Positions 6,692 through 14,706 of a stretch of DNA of 37,088 nt are shown here, one piece after another. This DNA comes from a virus. Its lineage: Duplodnaviria > Caudoviricetes. Each line of letters starts with the position of its first letter. Position 1 is the stretch's first letter. The notes beneath the pieces were generated by a model. The model was given only the letters and a program-made list of their open reading frames with translations. It made no database searches and was not told the origin of the DNA. Both the position numbers and the translations under genes were made by a program. The stretch lies in the IMG/VR virus record IMGVR_UViG_3300020045_008681, positions 1 through 37,088 of that record; one strand, given 5' to 3'.

Positions 6692-6720
6692 ACAGGTATT
6701 AAGTTACTTGTACTTTATTT

Positions 6721-6951
6721 GTGAAGCCAGACTTGTCCCTCACCTCCCCCGCCAGATTCTCAATCGTAGTAACTAACTTGAAGAATAAAAGAGTGAAGAC
6801 TTGGTATTTGGGCCAGAATTCAACCACAGTCGATAAGGACACAATTTGGGATTTAGCAGAAGTTATGGCCTTTGCAATCATGCGCATGATGTCTGCTAGT
6901 GGGAATGGGAATAAAGACCATCGAAAGCGGGGTGAGAAAGCTAAGAAATAA
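6721..6951 (+). CDS. Hypothetical protein
   Basis: GTG-start ORF downstream of the promoter. Confidence 0.45.
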   Translation: MKPDLSLTSPARFSIVVTNLKNKRVKTWYLGQNSTTVDKDTIWDLAEVMAFAIMRMMSASGNGNKDHRKRGEKAKK

Positions 6952-6961
6952 TTATATTTTT

Positions 6962-7084
6962 ATGACCATCCCCGAAATGACCCCAGAGCAAGAAGACAAG
7001 ATGGACGAGGCCAAAGATATGGTAGCAGAGCAGAAGTGTGATGATTCGGATGAGAAGATTGAAATAAGAGACTGTCAGGAATAA
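6962..7084 (+). CDS. 40-aa acidic peptide
   Basis: MTIPEMTPEQEDKMDEAK...; ATG after a T-rich leader. Confidence 0.5.
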   Translation: MTIPEMTPEQEDKMDEAKDMVAEQKCDDSDEKIEIRDCQE

Positions 7085-7086
7085 CT

Positions 7087-7428
7087 ATGTACATCGCTCT
7101 CACCCTACTACTAGCCCTTGATGTATTCCTACTTGTACGCCTCCGAGCTGAGATGAAAACGGCGGAACGATACCAACGAGCAATGAGTGAATCTGATTTG
7201 ACTGTGGCTATTTTGGAGGCAATTAAAGAAAAAGGTTGGGAGACAGTGATACACCAAAATTATAAAGGTGGTTGGTCGGCGTATGCGATGCGATCTAGAA
7301 ACAATATCAGCCAAAGCACCGCGACCGTTCAAGATGAATCCCTAGTTGATGTGGTGAAACAACTACAGAAGGCAACGAAGACGACGTTACATTTTGGGAG
7401 TTCAATTTGGACAACTAACCACGAATAA
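7087..7428 (+). CDS. Hypothetical protein with N-terminal membrane anchor
   Basis: MYIALTLLLALDVFLLVRL hydrophobic N-terminus. Confidence 0.6.
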   Translation: MYIALTLLLALDVFLLVRLRAEMKTAERYQRAMSESDLTVAILEAIKEKGWETVIHQNYKGGWSAYAMRSRNNISQSTATVQDESLVDVVKQLQKATKTTLHFGSSIWTTNHE

Positions 7429-7537
7429 TTTGTTCTCTATTCCAATGGTATACAGCAGCCTATACATAATATCTTGGCTGAGGTTAGATAAAAAAAGAGG
7501 CGTTTTGTAACTACTATAGTCATCTTATACATAAAAT

Positions 7538-8011
7538 ATGCCGAACGTAGAGCGAGACCATGACCCAGAATCAACCCATTGGTGCTGCAACGCGAGCGAG
7601 GATATGAAGTGTTGTGTTTGCTCAAATCATAAATGTCCACCTACCGGGATTAGCACCCCAGAAACTCCGACCTTAAAGCCGGTAGAGGTTAGCCAAGAAA
7701 TCGGCGAGTTTAGTGGGAGTGAGGTTAAACTTAGTAAACTTGATGATGGTAAAGAATATAAATGGGACATTGAAAATCTAAGAAAGTCTGCCCAGGCAGC
7801 TAAGGCAGCTGAAGATGAACCAACCCTCACCCACACATGTCTCTGCGGCAAGCACAACACCCCAGAAGATGAGACTAGGTTGTTGAAGGAGTGGGAGAAT
7901 TTTAAGAAGTCGCAGGAGTTCAAAGATCTAATCAATGGGAGCTATCAGGATGGTTGGCGAGAAGGTCGAGCGGATTTAGTTGAGCGAATGAAAGTATCTA
8001 AACCTTTATGA
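7538..8011 (+). CDS. Hypothetical Cys-rich protein
   Basis: 157-aa ORF; ATGA overlap with the next gene. Confidence 0.6.
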   Translation: MPNVERDHDPESTHWCCNASEDMKCCVCSNHKCPPTGISTPETPTLKPVEVSQEIGEFSGSEVKLSKLDDGKEYKWDIENLRKSAQAAKAAEDEPTLTHTCLCGKHNTPEDETRLLKEWENFKKSQEFKDLINGSYQDGWREGRADLVERMKVSKPL

Positions 8012-8288
8012 ACACCACCCCAAAGCAAGAGGTAGAGAAGTGGGAAGATTTAGATTTGGAGTTGGCTATAAAAGAATACTTTGGTGATATTGATGAAGAA
8101 TTTTGGAAAGTAAGTGATGCTAAAAGGTACCCCACTCCCTCATTCTCCAAGAGCGAAAGGCTGAGAGAGAGGAGTGTGTGGCTGAGGTGGGAAAAATAAA
8201 TGATCCAGTTGAATCTTGGAGGGATGAGTATGGTGATCGTTTCTCGGAAGGTGTTGACGCCGCCCTCGCTGCTCTGCGAGGGGAATAG
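8008..8288 (+). pseudogene. Hypothetical protein, probably frameshifted near 8122
   Basis: Frame 0 is protein-like to ~8120; the -1 frame continues KVPHSLILQERKAEREECVAEV...GVDAALAALRGE to TAG 8286-8288. Confidence 0.45.
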
Positions 8289-8289
8289 A

Positions 8290-8320
8290 TTGACACGAAA
8301 GAATAAAAACGTGTTAAAAT
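8290..8320 (+). promoter_or_regulatory. Candidate promoter of the groES-groEL/packaging operon
   Basis: TTGACA 8290-8295 and extended -10 TG-T-TAAAAT 8312-8320 (19-bp spacer, long); ACACG/CGTGT inverted repeat. Confidence 0.5.
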
Positions 8321-8356
8321 AAAGGCCTCCAATTCCTAAGGAGCTATTTTAGGGTT

Positions 8357-8614
8357 ATGCGTCCCATTTTCAAAAGTGTTTTGATTAAACCTTCCGAGGC
8401 TCAAAAAGAGTCTAGCGAAGGTATTTTGTTGCCCGACCAACCGGATAAAGATTTTCGGGTGAAACAAGCGGAAGTTGTGGCGATTGGTGGAGATGTCACT
8501 CAATTCAAAGTGGGCGATACGGTTTTTTACAAGAAGTACAGCGCCGATGACTGCGAGATTGATGGAGTGATGATGTTTTTGATTGAAGAATCTGATGTTT
8601 TAGGGGTGTTATGA
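8357..8614 (+). CDS. groES: Co-chaperonin GroES (Cpn10)
   Basis: RP...VLIKP...EGILLP mobile loop, EVVAIG...KVGDTV, EIDG...LIEESDVLGV. Confidence 0.93.
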   Translation: MRPIFKSVLIKPSEAQKESSEGILLPDQPDKDFRVKQAEVVAIGGDVTQFKVGDTVFYKKYSADDCEIDGVMMFLIEESDVLGVL

Positions 8615-8949
8615 AAGACGACAGCAAATGTCCCAAAGCGATCTACTGCGATTTTGTCCCGGTGATAGACGATGAGCAAGCCCAAGTAGAATGCTGTAAG
8701 TATTGTGGTAAGAAAGTTATCTATAACAAATATGACGGGCGGACGGACAATGCACGTTATCTACGCGACCACATCCGCTTTACAGCTCAACCTACAGGTA
8801 GGACGGGGAAAATCTTTGAAGAGATCTACCGGACAGACAAACTTAGATACTCCCACCTTAAACATAGAAAGACACAAGAAGAAGAAGCTGCGGAATGGAT
8901 GCAGACAAAACGTGAAGCTAAACTAGCCTTAAAAACTACTATTTTATGA
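8611..8949 (+). CDS. Cys-rich hypothetical protein between groES and groEL
   Basis: CPKAIYC...ECCKYCGK; ATGA overlaps at both ends. Confidence 0.7.
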   Translation: MKDDSKCPKAIYCDFVPVIDDEQAQVECCKYCGKKVIYNKYDGRTDNARYLRDHIRFTAQPTGRTGKIFEEIYRTDKLRYSHLKHRKTQEEEAAEWMQTKREAKLALKTTIL

Positions 8950-10502
8950 GCAAAGACTTAATTTTCGGAAAAGATGCCAGGGAAAGATTGAAAGCTGGAG
9001 TGGATAAAGTGGCTAACGCAACATCCGTGACCATGGGTGCTAAAGGCCGGACGGTTATTGTTGAGACTCAATACGGGCCGATGACTACCAAAGACGGCGT
9101 TTCGGTGGCTCGCTCAATCACCCTAAAAGACAAAGTAGAAAACCAAGGGGCTAACCTGATTAAAGAGGCCAGTAGCAAAACTAACGACATCGCCGGAGAC
9201 GGTACAACCGCCACCTGTGTTTTAGCGCAAGCTATTTATAACGAAGCCTATAAGCGAGTTTCCGCCGGTGAGGATGCTATTAAGCTTAAAGGTGAAATTG
9301 AAGAAGCCACTACAAAGCTCTTGGAGAGTTTGAAAGGCATGGCTAAACCTGTAGATAGCAAAGAAACTCTGGCGAAGATCACAAGTATATCCGCAAACAA
9401 CAAAGAGATCGGAAACTTTGTCGCTGATGTTCTCTGGGAAACCGGAAAGGATGGAGTCATTACCGTCGAAGAAGGCACTCAAGGTATCCAAATCGAAACC
9501 GTTAAAGGTTTGCAGATTGACTCTGGTTACATGTCCCCGATGACCATAACCGACGGAGCCAAGATGGAATCAGTCGTTGACTCGCCGAGGGTACTCGTGA
9601 CTGACCGCGCCCTAACCGGAGCGATGGATATCGTGCCGTTGATGAACAAGATGATGCAGGCTGGGGAAAATAAACTATTCATCCTAGCCGAAGACATCCG
9701 AGGTTCAGCCCTGACCACTGCCATTATAAACTTCATGCAGGGGAAATTCTTTATCGTCCCGATTAAAGTAGGTGGGATTGGCAGTCAACAAATGGACACC
9801 CTCAACGACACAGCTTTAATCACAGGAGCGAAGTTGATAACTAAGGAAGCTAACCAGAAGTGGGATGAGATCACGCTAGACCAATTAGGTTCAGCTAAGA
9901 AAGTAATTGCTGGTCGAAGCCGGACGATTGTGATTGATGGAGCCGGAGACACAGCAAAACTTGCAGAGTATGAAGGTATCCTTAACGAATCTATCGAACA
10001 CGCTAAATTAGAATCAGATCGAGCTTATATTAAGCGGCGTTTGGCTAAGCTTGCCGGGGGAATCGGACTAATTTCCGTAGGCGGAGCGACCGAGAGTGAG
10101 ATGCGAGAGAAGAAGCAGAGAGTTGAAGATGCGGTATGCGCCGGTAAGGCAGCTATGCGGGCCGGGTATGTGGTTGGAGGTGGGGCAGCAATTTTAGAGG
10201 CAGCTGAAGTTATGAAGTTGAGCCTCGAAGGGGCCAAGTGTCTTCACGTTGCCATTGAAGCTCCCATGCGCAAGATTGCTACAAATGCAGGCAAGAATGG
10301 TGATGTTGTTATTGATCATTGGGATGATAAACACTTAGGCTTTAACGCTGTTACTGGGGCAATGGAAGATTTAGAAGCCGCTGGCATTCTTGACCCTCTA
10401 GAGGTCGTTACTGCATCCCTAGAACACGGAAGCTCTGTAGCCTGTCTCCTGCTCTCTACCGAGTGTGTGATAACTGAGGAGGTTGAAGAAAAGAAAGTAT
10501 GA
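8946..10502 (+). CDS. groEL: Chaperonin GroEL (Cpn60)
   Basis: TMGAKGR, TKDGVSVAR, AGDGTT, GVITVEEG, RLAKLAGG, VGGATESEMREKKQRVEDA, VVGGG, GILDP motifs. Confidence 0.97.
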   Translation: MSKDLIFGKDARERLKAGVDKVANATSVTMGAKGRTVIVETQYGPMTTKDGVSVARSITLKDKVENQGANLIKEASSKTNDIAGDGTTATCVLAQAIYNEAYKRVSAGEDAIKLKGEIEEATTKLLESLKGMAKPVDSKETLAKITSISANNKEIGNFVADVLWETGKDGVITVEEGTQGIQIETVKGLQIDSGYMSPMTITDGAKMESVVDSPRVLVTDRALTGAMDIVPLMNKMMQAGENKLFILAEDIRGSALTTAIINFMQGKFFIVPIKVGGIGSQQMDTLNDTALITGAKLITKEANQKWDEITLDQLGSAKKVIAGRSRTIVIDGAGDTAKLAEYEGILNESIEHAKLESDRAYIKRRLAKLAGGIGLISVGGATESEMREKKQRVEDAVCAGKAAMRAGYVVGGGAAILEAAEVMKLSLEGAKCLHVAIEAPMRKIATNAGKNGDVVIDHWDDKHLGFNAVTGAMEDLEAAGILDPLEVVTASLEHGSSVACLLLSTECVITEEVEEKKV

Positions 10503-10705
10503 TCTACATCCTAGGAATTATCACCGGCATCCTTCTAGCAATCCTCGCCGTTCTCATCCGAGTCAGAACAGCAGAAAAGACTGATGAAGTGTTGGAAAAG
10601 GTGTATGATTACGGCAAGATACACGTGATGGGTGAGATTATCGAAGACACCGACGACGAAAAAACAGCGTTTGTAAACTCGTTTAAAAAAGAATCTGATC
10701 TATAA
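10499..10705 (+). CDS. Small membrane protein
   Basis: N-terminal TM helix MIYILGIITGILLAILAVLI. Confidence 0.65.
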   Translation: MIYILGIITGILLAILAVLIRVRTAEKTDEVLEKVYDYGKIHVMGEIIEDTDDEKTAFVNSFKKESDL

Positions 10706-10706
10706 T

Positions 10707-11144
10707 ATGACACTCACACTTAAAAACTATCACCTAGACGGCTTAAACAAGATCTTAGACGTCCCCTTGAGTGGTGGAGAGGCCCGGAAGCGCAGCCGGT
10801 TTGTAAAATGTCTGACCGAACGGAGACAGGAGAATGAGGTCAACCGTCAGGAGATACTTAAAAAGGTTTGCTCTAAGGATGAAAAAGGCGAGCCAATTAT
10901 TGAAGTTCATGGAGAGGGACAAGAACAGGTCAAGACTTTTAAATTGACCGACGAAGCTAAGGCCCAATTTCAAAAGGAATTTGAGGAAATGGTGCGAGAG
11001 GATTTTGTATTGGAGATCAACGCAGAAAACTTAGAAGAGTTTAAGCTGGCCAAAAAGCTAGTCTTGGAGTGTGGGATCGAGTTTAGTGGAGAGGAGAGCA
11101 AACTTTACGATGAGGTGTGTAACGCCTTTGAAAAGGCAGAATAA
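10707..11144 (+). CDS. DUF1617-like phage protein
   Basis: MTLTLKN...ARKRSRFVK...KDEKG...SGEESKLYDEVCNAFE resembles that family as I recall it. Confidence 0.55.
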   Translation: MTLTLKNYHLDGLNKILDVPLSGGEARKRSRFVKCLTERRQENEVNRQEILKKVCSKDEKGEPIIEVHGEGQEQVKTFKLTDEAKAQFQKEFEEMVREDFVLEINAENLEEFKLAKKLVLECGIEFSGEESKLYDEVCNAFEKAE

Positions 11145-11293
11145 TGTGACACGCAAACAAATAAAGCGGTTGCCACCTAAAAGAGTAAATGGGTTTTGTA
11201 CTGATGAGATTTTAGTGGCTCATTGTAGACATCAACCATGCCGGTTATTTCTACAAATGGTTAGAGAGGTTAAGCTTAAATTAAAAAAAGAAT

Positions 11294-11698
11294 ATGCCGA
11301 CTCTCAATCAGAGAAAGTTGGCTGAAAACATGATTAAGGCTCTAGAGTCGGATAATCCACCTACGTTGGGGACTCTCGTTGAATCTAGTGGATATGCCGT
11401 ATCTCAAGCTTTGAGCAAGCCAGGTTTCATTATTGAACAAAAAGGTGTTCAGGAAGCTTTGGCGGATTATGGCTTTACAGAGGAGAACGCTAAACGGGTA
11501 ACAGCGGAGATAATGATGTCTGAAAGCTCTGGCCCGATGCCTAGACTCAAGGCAGCAGAGATGACATTTAAGGTGCATGGGAGTTTTGCACCAGAGAAAA
11601 GTGTCGGTGTGCTACAAGTTGTTGGAGAGTCTACAGATCCCAAAGCAGACGCGTTGCGAGCAGAGTATGAGGCTAAGTTACTTGAGCAAATGGGGTAA
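11294..11698 (+). CDS. Terminase small subunit (putative)
   Basis: Upstream of TerL; N-terminal HTH-like region (SSGYA), RLKAAEM motif, 134 aa. Confidence 0.65.
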   Translation: MPTLNQRKLAENMIKALESDNPPTLGTLVESSGYAVSQALSKPGFIIEQKGVQEALADYGFTEENAKRVTAEIMMSESSGPMPRLKAAEMTFKVHGSFAPEKSVGVLQVVGESTDPKADALRAEYEAKLLEQMG

Positions 11699-11707
11699 AA
11701 AGTAGTT

Positions 11708-11983
11708 ATGATGATCTTAGATTTGAGTGACACTCCGATAAATAGCGTTAGTGATATTGAGGATGAATTGAAAATAGTTGAGGCGGATGTGAGGAAATGC
11801 AGCCCAACTGGGATTGGTTTGTCTGAAAAACAAATGAGATGGCTGATGGGAAAGTTAAACATAAACAGAGGCGGTTTGATGTTGTTTAAAGGGATTCCAG
11901 TTTATCGAACCTACATTCCACCTAATGAAACTCGCCAACATTTCCATCCACGCCTGGATCCAAGAGAACCAGATCAAAACTGA
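11708..11983 (+). CDS. Hypothetical protein
   Basis: Fills the TerS-TerL gap and overlaps the TerL start. Confidence 0.5.
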   Translation: MMILDLSDTPINSVSDIEDELKIVEADVRKCSPTGIGLSEKQMRWLMGKLNINRGGLMLFKGIPVYRTYIPPNETRQHFHPRLDPREPDQN

Positions 11984-14426
11984 AACTGGTGCGCCTTTAG
12001 ACTTCCGTAAGCACATGTTTCTGTTCGATCCGTACCGAGACACATCACCAAAGATCGTGGCAAATAAGGCAGCACAGATCGGCTGGACGACCCTAAGCCT
12101 GTTGAAGTCGGCATGGGTAGCCAAACACAAAAAGCTGGACATTATTTACACGCTTCCGAGTTCTTCAGATTCTAAGGTGTTAGTGGGTGGAAAGTTAAAC
12201 CGCATCATCGCTCAAAACCCCATAATGCAGGCGTACACTGTAGATAAGGACTCAGTGGAGCAAAAGACATTCGGTGACAACATGATTTATTATCGGGGGA
12301 CGTGGACAGAGCGTGAGGCACTTTCCGTGTCCGCTGACCTCTTGGTTCACGACGAGTACGACCGCTCAAACATCGGAGTGCTTGAACAGTACGAATCTCG
12401 GTTGCAACACTCACGTTTTCAGTGGCAATGGATTTTTAGCAACCCCTCAGTCCCAGGGATTGGGGTAGACAAATACTTTCAGCTTTCAGATCAAAAGCAT
12501 TGGTTTATAAAATGTGCCACCTGCCAAAAAGAGCAGTATTTGGATTGGCCTGACTCTATAGACATCGAGCGCAAGGCGTACGTCTGTAAGTACTGTCACG
12601 CCATTCTAAGCGATGAGGAACGGCGTAAGGGTCGATGGGTGCAGAAGTTCAAGGGACGGGAATGGTCAGGGTATTGGGTGCCACTACTCCTCGCTCCATG
12701 GATGCCAGCCAACAAGATAATTGACTACAAAAACAGTAAGACTGACGAATACTTCCACAACTTTGTACTAGGGAAGCCCTACGCTGGCTCAGGTAACAAA
12801 GTTACAGAAGATATTGTATTTAGGAACCTCACTGACAAAATCAACGACCAGCGAGGCCGTGTGGTCATTGGGGTGGATACAGGGATCGACATTCGCTTCG
12901 TGTGTGGAAATGAGCAAGGACTTTTCTACTACGGGCAATGTAAAGACTATGACGAGTTGGATGGCTATCTTAAACGCTGGGAGAACGCCGTGATGGTGAT
13001 TGACCAGGGTGGCGACATTATCGGCTCGCGAAAACTGCGAGAGAAGTACCCCGGACGAGTTTTCCTCTGTCACTACTCCGTTGATCGTAAGACAATGCAG
13101 CTCATCCGGTGGGGAGAAAATGAAGAATACGGAAATGTGGTTGTCGATAGAAATAGGCTCATTCAGTTGGTAGTAGACGAAATGTCTGACAAAAGGATCC
13201 CCCTACAAGGCTCTAGGAGCGATTGGCATGACTACTGGCTACACTGGTCGCACATCTACCGGGTGGCAGAAGAGGACGCGTTAGGAGTCACGAGATACAA
13301 GTGGGTGCGGTCGGATCGTGATGATTGGTGTTTTGTGGCCGGAACACTGGTTACTACTAAACGAGGAGATGTACCAATTGAGCAGGTTGAAGTTGGTGAC
13401 CTAGCCTTAACACGAAAAGGTTGGCGGAAAGTATATAAAGCAGGGGTAGCTAATCCATCTGCCGTAGTTCAGCAGGCTAATTTTGCCGATGGCCGATCTT
13501 TTATTGCTACGCCTAAACATAAGGTTTGGGTGGTTGGTCAAGGTTTTGTGGAGCTTGATGCGTTGTTGTACAATGATGAAGTAATAAGCTTATCTTCATT
13601 ATGGCCAACTCAGAATGCGTTGAGCTCAACGGGATCAAATTTCGACGATACCCAGACTCACCCCGCCGAACATTGCGGTTGTACTTCAATCCAGGAGGTA
13701 ATCACCGCAAACGTGGGATCGGTGCCCTGCACCAAGAAATTTGGCGATTCAATAAAGGGGAAATTCCAGCAGGCTTCGCGATTCATCACAAAGATGAAAA
13801 TCCTCTTAATAACTCGATTGAGAATTTGGAGTGCATCTCAAGACAACAACACCAATCAAACCACAACAAAGAGTGGATGCAAAAGCATAAATCACAAAGT
13901 AATCTTCACCTCGCCAAAATTCGTCCTCTGTCACATGCATGGAGGAAGACGGACACAGGCTCAGCCTGGCATAAACAACATGCCCAAAAGACATTGCGTT
14001 TGTCAGTGCCTAAACCATTCACGTGCCTTGTTTGTGGAACAAAAGGAGAAACATTCAGCATCAACCCACGAAAATATTGTGGAGCTAAATGTGCCGCTAA
14101 ATTCCATGCCAGAAAATGGAGAGCAGAACACCCACACTACTACGACCTTTATTGGGCGGAACTTAAGGACAAAAAAAGAAAAGGTTTATAATATTTCAGT
14201 TGAGGATGAACATGAGTATTTTGCTAATGGTATTTTAGTTGCTAACTGCCATGCTACCGCCTATTGGAGAGTAGGAATGGACAGGTTCGCTGGAGGAATG
14301 GGTGCTATTATTGGGAATGACGATCCACTACAGAGTTTCCGTACCGGGCCAACAATCGCTCCAGACCAGACAGTTAAGGCCACGATGCCGTTTGTATTTC
14401 CCGAAAAACATGATGACGAATATTGA
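11925..14426 (+). CDS. terL: Terminase large subunit (GpA-like), intein-containing; 527 aa after splicing
   Basis: Walker A-like KAAQIGWTT, Walker B LLVHDEYD, SNP motif, CxxC...CxxC, nuclease VVIGVDTG; splicing reconstitutes RDDW|CHATAY. Confidence 0.92.
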   Translation: MKLANISIHAWIQENQIKTETGAPLDFRKHMFLFDPYRDTSPKIVANKAAQIGWTTLSLLKSAWVAKHKKLDIIYTLPSSSDSKVLVGGKLNRIIAQNPIMQAYTVDKDSVEQKTFGDNMIYYRGTWTEREALSVSADLLVHDEYDRSNIGVLEQYESRLQHSRFQWQWIFSNPSVPGIGVDKYFQLSDQKHWFIKCATCQKEQYLDWPDSIDIERKAYVCKYCHAILSDEERRKGRWVQKFKGREWSGYWVPLLLAPWMPANKIIDYKNSKTDEYFHNFVLGKPYAGSGNKVTEDIVFRNLTDKINDQRGRVVIGVDTGIDIRFVCGNEQGLFYYGQCKDYDELDGYLKRWENAVMVIDQGGDIIGSRKLREKYPGRVFLCHYSVDRKTMQLIRWGENEEYGNVVVDRNRLIQLVVDEMSDKRIPLQGSRSDWHDYWLHWSHIYRVAEEDALGVTRYKWVRSDRDDWCFVAGTLVTTKRGDVPIEQVEVGDLALTRKGWRKVYKAGVANPSAVVQQANFADGRSFIATPKHKVWVVGQGFVELDALLYNDEVISLSSLWPTQNALSSTGSNFDDTQTHPAEHCGCTSIQEVITANVGSVPCTKKFGDSIKGKFQQASRFITKMKILLITRLRIWSASQDNNTNQTTTKSGCKSINHKVIFTSPKFVLCHMHGGRRTQAQPGINNMPKRHCVCQCLNHSRALFVEQKEKHSASTHENIVELNVPLNSMPENGEQNTHTTTTFIGRNLRTKKEKVYNISVEDEHEYFANGILVANCHATAYWRVGMDRFAGGMGAIIGNDDPLQSFRTGPTIAPDQTVKATMPFVFPEKHDDEY
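13329..14246 (+). mobile_element. Intein (306 aa) in the TerL nuclease domain
   Basis: Block A CFVAGTLVTTKRGDVPIEQVEVGD, block B ATPKHKV, blocks F/G VYNISVEDEHEYFANGILVAN|C. Confidence 0.95.
13601..14191 (+). CDS. HNH homing endonuclease nested in the intein in a different frame
   Basis: LHQEIW...GEIPAGFAIHHKDENPLNNSIENLECIS HNH motif plus CLVCG...KYCGAKC; offset +2 from the TerL frame; own ATG and TAA. Confidence 0.9.
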   Translation: MANSECVELNGIKFRRYPDSPRRTLRLYFNPGGNHRKRGIGALHQEIWRFNKGEIPAGFAIHHKDENPLNNSIENLECISRQQHQSNHNKEWMQKHKSQSNLHLAKIRPLSHAWRKTDTGSAWHKQHAQKTLRLSVPKPFTCLVCGTKGETFSINPRKYCGAKCAAKFHARKWRAEHPHYYDLYWAELKDKKRKGL

Positions 14427-14607
14427 GCTGACAAATGAAGATGCTCAACTGTTTAAGCTCATGCAGCAACACCATGAGGCCTTGAGGGCGTTGCTATCGG
14501 CGAACATTAAGAATGGTGAAGCTCACTTATTTTTCTCACCGGACGGTGTGTTGATGGATGTTAAGATCATCACCAACGCCTATCATCGACGAAAGTTAGA
14601 CAAGTAA
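14410..14607 (+). CDS. Hypothetical protein
   Basis: MMTNIELTNEDAQLFK...; overlaps the TerL 3' end. Confidence 0.6.
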   Translation: MMTNIELTNEDAQLFKLMQQHHEALRALLSANIKNGEAHLFFSPDGVLMDVKIITNAYHRRKLDK

Positions 14608-14676
14608 TTTAGTAAGTGGTGTACTTACTACTAAGTAGGCTCAAATCAACGGCGGCTTAATGCCCAACCAATGAAG

Positions 14677-14706
14677 AGTCGTGGCTAATCCCACGGCTTT
14701 TTCTTT
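14677..14706 (+). terminator. Intrinsic terminator-like hairpin immediately before the portal start
   Basis: AGTCGTGG/CCACGGCT stem followed by a T-rich tract that ends at ATG 14707. Confidence 0.55.
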
